Below, in pieces: positions 9,957-17,924 of a DNA stretch of 64,000 nt (within the stretch, counting starts at the first letter, position 1; each line of letters starts with the position of its first letter). Under the pieces are notes generated by a model. It did not search any database. It was not told the origin of the DNA and saw nothing but the letters and a program-made list of their open reading frames with translations. The DNA comes from Candidatus Saccharimonadota bacterium (GTDB lineage: Bacteria; Patescibacteriota; Saccharimonadia; Saccharimonadales; UBA10212). A program made the position numbers and the translations under genes. The stretch lies in the NCBI GenBank assembly GCA_013815775.1, contig JACDFN010000001.1, positions 45,883-109,882 on the forward strand, given 5' to 3'.

Positions 9957-10441
9957 GTGAACCCAGTGAAACGGCTACAAGGGTTAGACCGACTAAGAAG
10001 CAGAAGGAACTTTTATCCTTCATAGATGAGTTTATTAGTGCCAATGGTTATAGTCCAAGTTTCAGGGAAATAATGAAGGGGCTAGAGTATAGCTCTGTTG
10101 CCACAGTTGCCTTGCATGTGAATAACCTCATAAAAAGAGGGCACTTGCAGAAGAGAGAACATTCTGCCCGCTCCTTAGAGGTAGTTAAACAATCGGTTTC
10201 GGAAACAAAAGTTATTCCAAAACAATTAAAAACCAGCGAAGAAAAATGGATAGTAGAAAAGGTCGAATTGTTTTTCAAGGAAGTCGAGAATGCCCCTAGA
10301 CTGATCGAAAAAGAACTTGACCAACTTTATGTACTAATTGGCGCGCTCAAAGTCCTGGGCCTAGACGGAGCGGCTGTAGGCTTTATAGCGCGGCTGACAG
10401 AAATAAAGAAAAGACATAACGATAACGAGTACGCCACTTAA
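9953..10441 (+). CDS. LexA-type winged-helix DNA-binding-domain protein that lacks the S24 peptidase domain
   Basis: KKQKELLSFIDEFISANGYSPSFREIMKGLEYSSVATVALHVNNLIKRGHLQK parallels the LexA N-terminal domain. The C-terminal 80 aa show no Ala-Gly/Ser-Lys autocleavage features. ATGA overlap with the GtrA stop. Confidence 0.7.
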   Translation: MSEPSETATRVRPTKKQKELLSFIDEFISANGYSPSFREIMKGLEYSSVATVALHVNNLIKRGHLQKREHSARSLEVVKQSVSETKVIPKQLKTSEEKWIVEKVELFFKEVENAPRLIEKELDQLYVLIGALKVLGLDGAAVGFIARLTEIKKRHNDNEYAT

Positions 10442-10467
10442 TAATTACTTAACATGTTAAGTAATTA
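10442..10467. repeat. Perfect 26-bp palindrome TAATTACTTAACATGTTAAGTAATTA (copy 1 of the recurrent motif)
   Basis: Read directly. It starts 1 nt after the stop of the LexA-like gene and lies between convergent genes. Confidence 0.9.
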
Positions 10468-10494
10468 GCTTTAGGATAACTTCATTAAAGGCTC

Positions 10495-10707
10495 TTACAC
10501 CATGTAGACGATGATGGCTAAGATAACCACCAAGGCTACAATACCTATGATCATTTTCTGGGTAGGCTTTTTACCTGGTGCCGCAGAGGGGGTTACTGGG
10601 TCGACCGGAGTAGTTGGTGAAGCTGGAGGTGTTGTTGGGGTTGGGTCGACCGCAGGTGGGGGCGTGGTAGGTGTTTGTGTTGGGGTGGGTGTTTCTTGTG
10701 GGTTCAT
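10495..10707 (-). CDS. Small Pro/Thr-rich protein with a C-terminal TM anchor
   Basis: PT-rich N-terminus and IIGIVALVVILAIIVYMV tail; AAGGGA lies about 9 nt upstream of the ATG. The antisense ORF 10511..10813 is judged spurious. Confidence 0.45.
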   Translation of the reverse strand: MNPQETPTPTQTPTTPPPAVDPTPTTPPASPTTPVDPVTPSAAPGKKPTQKMIIGIVALVVILAIIVYMV

Positions 10708-10847
10708 AAAGTTTATCCCTTTAAATTTATATTTTTATTGTAGCACAGCAACCCCCGTTAGCATTTATAATTTAAGCAGTAATAGGAATTCGACTGAGGC
10801 AGTAGTCATATAAGTCAATTATTCTCGCCGGATGTGTACTTAGCGGC

Positions 10848-13148
10848 TTAAAGAGGGGTAGAGCCAGCTTCGCTATTATCTTCGGGGTTTGAACAGTCGG
10901 GGTCGCTCATATCTATTAACCCATCACCATCATTGTCTTTAGCGTCAGAGCATTGGGCAATTATGGGGTCATCGGACTCTTTGTCATCGTCCGGACCTGA
11001 ACATCCCGGATCCAGGGCATCAATTTTCCCGTCTCCGTCGTTATCTTTGGCGTCAGAGCATTGCTTCAGTACAGGTGTGTTATTGTCGTCCTCTTCCCCC
11101 TCCTCTCTTTTGTCCTCTTTTTTTTTATCCTCGTCCTCGCCGTGGTTTTGCTCGGCAGAGTTACAGGTTTGAGTAGGGGCGGTTCCTCTAATGAAGTACT
11201 CGGCGTAAGTATCTCCACCGTCTCTTTCGGCCCGGAGTCCGTTGCTTCGGCAAACAGAGACTTTTTCAACTCTGGATGGCTGCTTAAAGTCCTCGGCCTT
11301 AATATCCGGCAAGATGCGCTGAATAGTACCCCTCCATATGGGCCCGGCACCCGATGCCCCGGCCACCCCTGACATGGCTACATTCTCATTGTTTCCCAGC
11401 CAGACGCCAACAGCAATTCCTCTGTGATAGCCAATAGTCCAAGCGTCTTTGTTGTTGTCGGTAGTTCCGGTTTTTACCGCGACCTGCTTGCCCGGGATGG
11501 TTAAACTGTTAAAGGTTGGGGCTCTGGCTTGGGGGTCCGATAGAATAGAGGATACTAAATAGGAAGCTTCTGCGCTCTGAACTCTCTTGCTGCGCTCTTT
11601 ATTTTTATAAACCTCTTTACCAAATTTGTCCTTTATGGAAACAACGGTTATTGGTTTAAATTGTTTACCTTCGTTGGCGAAGGCGGCATAAGCATTTGTC
11701 ATATCTAATAATTTAGCTTCAGCGGTACCAAGTGCTAAGGGCAAGCCGTATTTATCGGGTTCGTCTACGTCAGAAATGCCCATTCTCCGGGCAACTTCAG
11801 CAGCTTCCTCTACCCCCAGCTTCTCCATAACCTCTATGGCGGTTAAGTTGCGGGACTGGGCAAGGGCTCGTCTGGTTGTAATATCGCCCATGTACTTAAA
11901 GTCATAGTTCTGAGGTTTATAACTGCCAAAAGTTTTTGGGCTGTCATGCAAGATTGTGGACGGTGTTATAAGTTTTTTATCCATGGCTTCCGTGTAGTAA
12001 ATCGGCTTAAAGCTAGAGCCCGGTTGCCTTGGAGAGATAGCCATATTAACTTTGCCAAACTCTGAATTTTCCCAATCCACACTTCCCACCAGGGCTTTAA
12101 TCTCACCGGATCTGGGGTCAATTGCAACCACCGCGCTGTTTTTGCCGCCCTGTTTTTCTAGTTGCTTGACCCTGCTTTTAACCTGCTCCTCAGCTATTTT
12201 TTGCCATTTCAGGTTAAGGCTTGTCGTAACCTTAAAGCCCGACCGGGTAACGCGCTCTTCACCATATCGGTCATTGAGTTCATCTAGCACCATTAGGGCA
12301 AAATGCTGGGCGCGACTGTTGAAAACTACGGTTGAGCTATCAAAAGTAAGCTCCGTAGCAAGTGCTGCATCTTTCTGCTCTGCGGTTATAAAGTCAACTT
12401 GGACCATGTGTTCCAAAACTCTCCGCTGCTGGGCTTTGGCCTTATCGGGGTCTCCTGAAATAGGTGAGTATGCGCTTGGGGCTGGCAAAATCCCTATGAG
12501 CAGGCTGCTTTCTGCTAGGTCTAGGTCTTGTGGGGTTTTGTTGAAATAAGTTTTAGCGGCGGAGCCTATGCCGAAAGCTCCCTCACCAAAGTAAACTGAG
12601 TTTAAATACATCTCTAATATTTCATCTTTACTATATTTCTGGTCAACGGCAATGGCGATACTAACCTCCTGGTATTTACGTAAAAAGCTTTTATCGCTAG
12701 AGAGCAGGTTGTTCTTAACGAGCTGCTGGGTGATGGTAGAGCCGCCGTAGCGGCTTAGGTCTTTATTGAGTAGGTTGGCGTACATGGCTCCGGCTATACT
12801 CCTGATCGAGTACCCTTTATGAGAGTAGAACTCCTTATCTTCGCTGGCTACAGCGGCTTTTTCCAGGTGATCGGAAATTTGGCTAAGTTTAATGTCGTTT
12901 TGCTGATTTACGCGCCCAAAACTATAAAAGGGCTCTCCGGCCTTATCTTCGAGCACGATACCTGTGTTATTTCGGTTCATCAGCCGCTCTCTACTACCTA
13001 TGTCCCTGACGAAGTATGCGTATGTTAAGGGTGGAATAGCTAGCAGAACTAAAGCCGTAGCACCGCCAGCAATAGCGACTTTCTTGCGCCTGCTGAAACT
13101 CTTAAATTTTTTGTATGCCTTAAAGGCTCGGGTATGTTTCATAACCAA
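10848..13148 (-). CDS. Class A penicillin-binding protein (PBP1A; glycosyltransferase + transpeptidase) with a C-terminal Cys-bracketed Asp-rich repeat tail
   Basis: GT51 motifs EDKEFYSHKGYS and GGSTITQQL. Transpeptidase motifs SSFKP (SxxK) and KTGTT. Tail: 2x CSDAKDNDGDG(K/L)ID..DP.CS. Confidence 0.9.
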   Translation of the reverse strand: MVMKHTRAFKAYKKFKSFSRRKKVAIAGGATALVLLAIPPLTYAYFVRDIGSRERLMNRNNTGIVLEDKAGEPFYSFGRVNQQNDIKLSQISDHLEKAAVASEDKEFYSHKGYSIRSIAGAMYANLLNKDLSRYGGSTITQQLVKNNLLSSDKSFLRKYQEVSIAIAVDQKYSKDEILEMYLNSVYFGEGAFGIGSAAKTYFNKTPQDLDLAESSLLIGILPAPSAYSPISGDPDKAKAQQRRVLEHMVQVDFITAEQKDAALATELTFDSSTVVFNSRAQHFALMVLDELNDRYGEERVTRSGFKVTTSLNLKWQKIAEEQVKSRVKQLEKQGGKNSAVVAIDPRSGEIKALVGSVDWENSEFGKVNMAISPRQPGSSFKPIYYTEAMDKKLITPSTILHDSPKTFGSYKPQNYDFKYMGDITTRRALAQSRNLTAIEVMEKLGVEEAAEVARRMGISDVDEPDKYGLPLALGTAEAKLLDMTNAYAAFANEGKQFKPITVVSIKDKFGKEVYKNKERSKRVQSAEASYLVSSILSDPQARAPTFNSLTIPGKQVAVKTGTTDNNKDAWTIGYHRGIAVGVWLGNNENVAMSGVAGASGAGPIWRGTIQRILPDIKAEDFKQPSRVEKVSVCRSNGLRAERDGGDTYAEYFIRGTAPTQTCNSAEQNHGEDEDKKKEDKREEGEEDDNNTPVLKQCSDAKDNDGDGKIDALDPGCSGPDDDKESDDPIIAQCSDAKDNDGDGLIDMSDPDCSNPEDNSEAGSTPL

Positions 13149-13240
13149 CTTCTATAATAAAGTAGAATTAAAAGCTACTGTATAGCTAACTATATATCTT
13201 AAGATGTGAAATTTCTAACTTCTTATTTCGAAAGAGTGGG

Positions 13241-13921
13241 TTACGCGCCATATCCAGGGAAATAGTCTGTTAAAATCTGTTCTTCAGCTACTTTTAATGA
13301 TTCTAGCAAACGCTGATAAGTTTCCACCATGGCCTTTGGCCCAGAGATATAGAACAGAGAGTTTGTTTTACCTAGATATGGGACGAAGTCACTTTTTTCT
13401 ATACGATTATCCCCAACAAATCGTTTAAGCGTAAAATTACTAAGATCGCTTTCAAGCTCGGAAAACACTTTACTGAAAACTAGCTCTTCGTTACGGTTGG
13501 CGTAAAAAAGGTCTATAGGCAAGTTTTTGCCATCACGATTTAGCTGTAGCATCATTGACCGATACGGCGTCACTCCGATTCCTCCGGCAATTAATATATG
13601 ATTATAATCTCCTTCTTTGATGATAAATTGCCCTTTCGGGCCGTTAGAGTCAATCTCATCGCCAATCTGCAGGTTGAGAAGGGCATCCTTGAAAGAGCTT
13701 CCGCCCTTGGCAGCCATACGAGTGGTAATCATAATGTTCTTCTCGTAGGGAGCTGTGGAAATTGTGAACCATCTTTCGTTACCGCGAGTATCTGTTTGGG
13801 GATGCTCTAAGGTGTAGTGCATATATTGTCCAGGCGTCCATATGATCTTTTCATCAGGTTGGAAGACAAAAGAGTAAACTCCCTCAAGTTCTTGCACTTT
13901 CGAAATTAGACGCATTCTCAA
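13241..13921 (-). CDS. Ferredoxin-NADP reductase-like FAD/NAD(P)-binding oxidoreductase
   Basis: RWFTIS (RxYS-type FAD motif) and GGIGVTP (NAD-binding motif). Confidence 0.7.
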   Translation of the reverse strand: MRMRLISKVQELEGVYSFVFQPDEKIIWTPGQYMHYTLEHPQTDTRGNERWFTISTAPYEKNIMITTRMAAKGGSSFKDALLNLQIGDEIDSNGPKGQFIIKEGDYNHILIAGGIGVTPYRSMMLQLNRDGKNLPIDLFYANRNEELVFSKVFSELESDLSNFTLKRFVGDNRIEKSDFVPYLGKTNSLFYISGPKAMVETYQRLLESLKVAEEQILTDYFPGYGA

Positions 13922-14077
13922 CTGGATAATCCCCTATAAGTTAGCTAATTGTAGTATTTTACTTAAATCTTTACTAATTAACACCAATGGCTTAGGCCTA
14001 TTGTAGTTAAAAATCTTACAGAAATAATATCCCTACCAAATGATACTGGGATTATTAATTAAATAAAGGAGTTGTAA

Positions 14078-14344
14078 ATGACAGAAATTATTCTTTGGAT
14101 CCTTTTTGGCGCATTAGCCGGATGGATTGCCTCAATGGTAATGAATACAGACCATGAACAAGGAGCACTTGGCAACATAGTTGTCGGAATTGTGGGTGCA
14201 TTCTTGGGCGGATTCCTATACCGCACCCTGACTGGGGATGAAGTTAGCGGCTTCAATATAGGCAGCTTGCTCATAGCAATTGGAGGTGCGATTGTCCTCT
14301 TGGCTATAGTGAAAACTTTCCGTCGTGGCCCTAGAGGGGTGTAG
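14078..14344 (+). CDS. GlsB/YeaQ/YmgE-family (transglycosylase-associated) stress membrane protein
   Basis: 88 aa with GALAGWIAS and GNIVVGIVGAFLGGFL; AAAGGAG Shine-Dalgarno upstream. Confidence 0.8.
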   Translation: MTEIILWILFGALAGWIASMVMNTDHEQGALGNIVVGIVGAFLGGFLYRTLTGDEVSGFNIGSLLIAIGGAIVLLAIVKTFRRGPRGV

Positions 14345-14374
14345 CGCGAAGCTTTAACAGAGCACTAACGAATT

Positions 14375-14400
14375 AAGAGGCCCTCCTTGGGCCTCTTTTA
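14375..14400 (+). terminator. Intrinsic terminator
   Basis: AAGAGGCCC-tcctt-GGGCCTCTT followed by TTTAGTT. Confidence 0.65.
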
Positions 14401-14462
14401 GTTACCGTTTACCAGGGTAAGCTATAATGCGTAAGTGTTTTATCGAAAAAACTTAACACTCC

Positions 14463-15473
14463 ATGCATACCAGTAAGCGCTTAATAAAGGATATTAACTT
14501 TGACGCCAACCAACTCCAAAGGGTGTCTGCCTATACCCCCACCTCTAGGTTAACTAGCTATCCTCGCGGCGGTTTATCGTCACCACCGCCACGACCCCCA
14601 CGTAAAAAGAAAAGACCAATTAAGAGCATAACTTTATTACTGATTTCATTAATTGTCGCCGGGGTTTTGCTTAAATTTAGTATATTTGAGTCTAGTGGAA
14701 CAAATCTAACCAGTACGATAAAATCTGTTTCGAAGCAGAAGGCAGCTCCGAAGGAGATTGAAAAAATTAATACTGCAGCTCTTAAAACTGATATCGATAC
14801 CATCATAAGCAAGTATCCAAAAATGCAAATTGGCGTTTCGTTTTCTGATATAAAAACCTCGGCTAAGTTAAACTTGGGTGCCGAGGATACTTTCAGAGCC
14901 GCTAGCACTACCAAACTTATTACCGCAGCCTTATTTTTACAGCAAACACAATCCGGCCAACGAAGTCTTGACCAACTCGTTGGTGGCAGTTCAGCCAGAA
15001 TCCAACTTAAACTTCTTATAGAAAATAGCGATAACGCCGCTTGGGAAGCCTTTGATGCAATACTTGGCGGACAAGCTTTGGATGAATATGCCCGCCAAAT
15101 TGGCATGTTAACTTATACATCAAGTCGAAATCGCACAACCCCATCTGACATCGCAGTTCTACTTAAAAAACTTTATAGGGGGGAGCTCCTTAATCAAGAA
15201 AATACCAATTTGCTACTGTCGCATATGCGTATTGCATCGGAAAAACAGTATATTCTGGCCGTTATCCCCGAGAGCACAAAAGCTTATCACAAGGCTGGTT
15301 ATTTAGCGGATCGCGCCCATGACGCCGCCATTATTGATGACGGAAAGCGACCATTTGTACTGGTCATATTCAGCATGAGTGAAAATGGCCAGTATAGCTA
15401 TATTGAAGGTGCGAAGATGATGCACGAGATAACCACTGCCGTTCTGTCTGCTTACCTAAATATTGGTATATAA
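14463..15473 (+). CDS. Class A beta-lactamase-like serine hydrolase, membrane-anchored
   Basis: ASTTK (SxxK), SDN and KAG (a KTG variant) occur in the expected order; N-terminal TM helix. Confidence 0.7.
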   Translation: MHTSKRLIKDINFDANQLQRVSAYTPTSRLTSYPRGGLSSPPPRPPRKKKRPIKSITLLLISLIVAGVLLKFSIFESSGTNLTSTIKSVSKQKAAPKEIEKINTAALKTDIDTIISKYPKMQIGVSFSDIKTSAKLNLGAEDTFRAASTTKLITAALFLQQTQSGQRSLDQLVGGSSARIQLKLLIENSDNAAWEAFDAILGGQALDEYARQIGMLTYTSSRNRTTPSDIAVLLKKLYRGELLNQENTNLLLSHMRIASEKQYILAVIPESTKAYHKAGYLADRAHDAAIIDDGKRPFVLVIFSMSENGQYSYIEGAKMMHEITTAVLSAYLNIGI

Positions 15474-15504
15474 AAAGAAGCTCCTAAGACGGAGCTTCTT
15501 TTTA
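15472..15504. terminator. Bidirectional intrinsic terminator between convergent genes
   Basis: AAAAAGAAGCTCC-taagac-GGAGCTTCTTTTT: a 13-bp stem flanked by an A-run and a T-run. Confidence 0.75.
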
Positions 15505-15515
15505 GCAAACAGACT

Positions 15516-15854
15516 TTAGTATCTGTTGTTTGAACGGTTGTCTCGGTTGTAGCCACCGCCACCACCGCCACCGCCAAATCCACCACCGCCACCGCGTGGT
15601 CGGTCTTCTTGGGGACGAGCTTCGCTAACTGTAACGGCTCGGCCTTCAAGTTCCTTGCCGTTAAGCTCAGAAACAGCTTTTTGAGCTTCTTCCTCTGTGC
15701 TCATTTCGACAAAGCCGAAACCCTTGGAACGGCTTGAATCCCGGTCCACAATTACTTTTGCTGATTGTACTGTGCCAACAGAAGCGAAAAACTCTTGGAG
15801 TTGATCGTCTGTGACGGAGTAGGCCAATGAACCTACAAAAAGTTTAGTTGCCAT
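15516..15854 (-). CDS. RRM-type RNA-binding protein with a Gly-rich tail
   Basis: RNP-2 LFVGSL, RNP-1 KGFGFVEM, and a C-terminal GGGGGFGGGGGGGG tract. Confidence 0.9.
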   Translation of the reverse strand: MATKLFVGSLAYSVTDDQLQEFFASVGTVQSAKVIVDRDSSRSKGFGFVEMSTEEEAQKAVSELNGKELEGRAVTVSEARPQEDRPRGGGGGFGGGGGGGGYNRDNRSNNRY

Positions 15855-15997
15855 AACTTCTCCTATTTACTTGCTCGGAGGTAATCTGGCAACCAGATAG
15901 CTGCACCTCAAACGAAACACTGATTTACTATTTTCTAGAACGAACCGAAGAAACTTCAGGTTATTTAGCAGCCTATTTCTAGCTGGCTCAGTATAAC

Positions 15998-16016
15998 ATA
16001 CTTGTCTGTTAAGTAA
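15998..16016. repeat. Degenerate copy of the recurrent palindrome (ATACTTGTCTGTTAAGTAA), one base short
   Basis: It fills the 16-nt spacer of a minus-strand promoter-like pair upstream of the RRM gene: TTGACT (rc of 16017-16022) and TATGTT (rc of 15995-16000). Confidence 0.5.
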
Positions 16017-16136
16017 AGTCAAAAGTACAACCACTTGTCTTACGCTGGGGCCGTAAAGGACACATTAATCGCGTACAGCATAAAATTCGAGGTAAGCTCC
16101 TGTTATCGGGGTATTTTTAATAAATTAAATAATACT

Positions 16137-17861
16137 CTATTCAAGACGTCGTATTGGTGATATAAAAAGTTTGAAAGTTCTTGATCTAGGAGGAGCTTTA
16201 GAGACAACCGTAGGAGGTGGGCGCGGGCTTAAAAACCTGTACTTTCTGCCATGAGTTTCAACCGACCCGAAAGGGGTTCGCATGAGTTCAAGGCATACGG
16301 GTTCGGCGCTTGAGCGCCGGTTCCGTTTCCGTGAGCACGGAACGACGGCTATGCGAGATGGATGGGCGGGTGTCACGACCTTCCTGGTCATGTCGTACAT
16401 CATCTTCGTCAACCCGTCGATTCTCGGCTTCTCCGGCATCGAAGGCTTGGAGGACAAGGGACTGCCCTTCGGGGCGGTGCTGACATCCACCTGTCTTGTC
16501 GCCGGCGTTATGACCATCGTGATGGGCCTCTACACCAACAAGGCCTACGCGATTGCACCAGGCTTAGGCCTGAATGCGTTCGTGGCCTTCACTCTCGTGG
16601 CTGGCGAAGGTTTCGGCTTTCCGGAGGCCATGGGCCTCATTGTCATCGAGGGTTTGGCCATCACACTGCTGGTGTTGATGGGTCTGCGGGAGGCGATCAT
16701 GAACGCCGTCCCCAACGACCTGAAGAACGCGATTGCAATCGGTATCGGCCTCTTCATCCTGCTCATCGGCCTTACGAACGCTGGAGTGGTGGTGCGGGGC
16801 GAGGGAACTCCCCTCGATCTCGCCGAGTTCACTACCTGGCCTCTACTGGTCGCGCTGGTCGGTATCGCCCTGACACTCGGTCTGCGGGCGGCCGGCCTTC
16901 GGTCGGCTCTGTTGCTTGGGATTCTCGCCACAACCGCGCTGGCTACCCTGATCAACTGGGTTACCGGGTATGACGCCGGCTTCACCAGTGGAGCCAGGTG
17001 GCCCGGCTTCGACAACATGTTCGACTGGCCGGACTTCTCGATCGTCGGCGACATTAGCTTCGACGCCTATGCCGACGACTTCATCAAGGCGCTGGTCTTC
17101 ACGTTCGTTCTGTGGATCAGCGACTTCTTCGACACGATCGGCACGCTCATCGGTGTCGGACGGCGAGCCGGCTACGTGGACCAGCACGGCCGGATGGACG
17201 ACGTTCGAAGGCCGCTGCTGGTCGACTCGCTTGCTGCGGTGGCTGGCGGGGTAGCTTCGAGTTCGTCGGCGACGACGTACATCGAGTCGGCTGCCGGTGT
17301 CGAGCAGGGTGGCCGAACGGGCTGGGTGTCGGTAGTGACCGGCGCGCTGTTCTTCCCGTTCATGTTCATTGCCCCGCTCATCGGAATGGTGCCCAAAGAG
17401 GCAACTGCGGCGGCGTTGGTGATGGTCGGTGTCTTGATGATGCAGTCGCTGGCGGGCGAACGCCAGATCACCGACGAGTTGGGGAAGCTGCATACGGTGC
17501 TGAGCATCGACCTACGCGACATTGCTGTCGCTTCGGCGGCCGTCTTGATGTTCGCGATGATGCCGTTCAGCTTCAGTATCGCCGACGGCATCGCCTTCGG
17601 GTTTATTGCCTACGTGCTGGCCCGGATGTTCCAGGGCCGTGGGCGTGAGATTCACCCGCTGATGTGGGGCTCGACCGCACTGTTCGTGCTCTATCTCGCG
17701 GTGCCGGTTCTCCGGCAGCACGGCTGGCTCTAGAGCCAGGATGTTCAATCCAAGAGGCGCAAGAGAGGGCGCCAAGAGTTCCGAGTGTGGTGGGTTCCTT
17801 CGGGAACCCGCCCCCCGGGACTTCCTCTCAAAATCGTTCACGAATCATAAAGTCGTGCTGA
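16137..17861. other. GC-rich foreign islet carrying one permease gene (approximate boundaries)
   Basis: Hand count of 36/60 G+C at 16681-16740. There is a dense pile of overlapping ORFs on both strands, typical of high-GC DNA, and an abrupt return to AT-rich sequence on both sides. Confidence 0.7.
16282..17733 (+). CDS. NCS2-family purine (adenine/guanine/hypoxanthine) permease, AzgA/PbuG-like
   Basis: N-terminal LERRFRFREHGTTAMRDGWAGVTTFLVMSYIIFVNPSIL matches the family signature; about 12 TM helices. Confidence 0.85.
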   Translation: MSSRHTGSALERRFRFREHGTTAMRDGWAGVTTFLVMSYIIFVNPSILGFSGIEGLEDKGLPFGAVLTSTCLVAGVMTIVMGLYTNKAYAIAPGLGLNAFVAFTLVAGEGFGFPEAMGLIVIEGLAITLLVLMGLREAIMNAVPNDLKNAIAIGIGLFILLIGLTNAGVVVRGEGTPLDLAEFTTWPLLVALVGIALTLGLRAAGLRSALLLGILATTALATLINWVTGYDAGFTSGARWPGFDNMFDWPDFSIVGDISFDAYADDFIKALVFTFVLWISDFFDTIGTLIGVGRRAGYVDQHGRMDDVRRPLLVDSLAAVAGGVASSSSATTYIESAAGVEQGGRTGWVSVVTGALFFPFMFIAPLIGMVPKEATAAALVMVGVLMMQSLAGERQITDELGKLHTVLSIDLRDIAVASAAVLMFAMMPFSFSIADGIAFGFIAYVLARMFQGRGREIHPLMWGSTALFVLYLAVPVLRQHGWL

Positions 17862-17924
17862 TGAGCTGTAATAACAGCGAAACGATAATGGCTTTAAGCT
17901 TTAAGTAAAAGTATAATTGGCTGG

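Noticed and set aside
10445-10464. Reading the recurrent palindrome as a bidirectional promoter, since TTAACA/TGTTAA gives a -35-like hexamer on both strands.
   Set aside because: No consistent -10 element lies at 16-18 nt from the TTAACA in either direction at the copies examined. Two copies also sit between convergent gene ends, where a promoter makes little sense.
10511-10813. A 100-aa plus-strand ORF antisense to the small Pro/Thr-rich gene.
   Set aside because: Its translation (GVVGEAGGVVGVG...) is the mirror low-complexity product of the PT-rich minus-strand gene. The minus-strand ORF has a Shine-Dalgarno-like AAGGGA and a clean C-terminal TM anchor.
16137-16281. Possible purine riboswitch upstream of the purine permease. 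GAGTTTCAACC resembles the GUUUCUACC junction and is followed by a CCC-gaaa-GGG hairpin.
   Set aside because: I could not build the P1 or P2 helices. The flanking CATGAG elements are direct repeats, not complementary. The GAUAUGG and CCGUAAA-type loop motifs are absent.
16137-17861. Many long ORFs on both strands overlap the permease gene (for example 16137..16517-, 16362..16973+, 16545..17054-, 16843..17493-, 17112..17648+). Similar stacks occur across 22.8-24.0 and 27.5-36.8 kb.
   Set aside because: High-GC DNA is depleted in stop codons, so spurious ORFs pile up. Their translations are Arg/Pro/Gly-rich and low in complexity. Each region also holds one frame with clear family motifs, TM topology or a Shine-Dalgarno sequence plus start codon.
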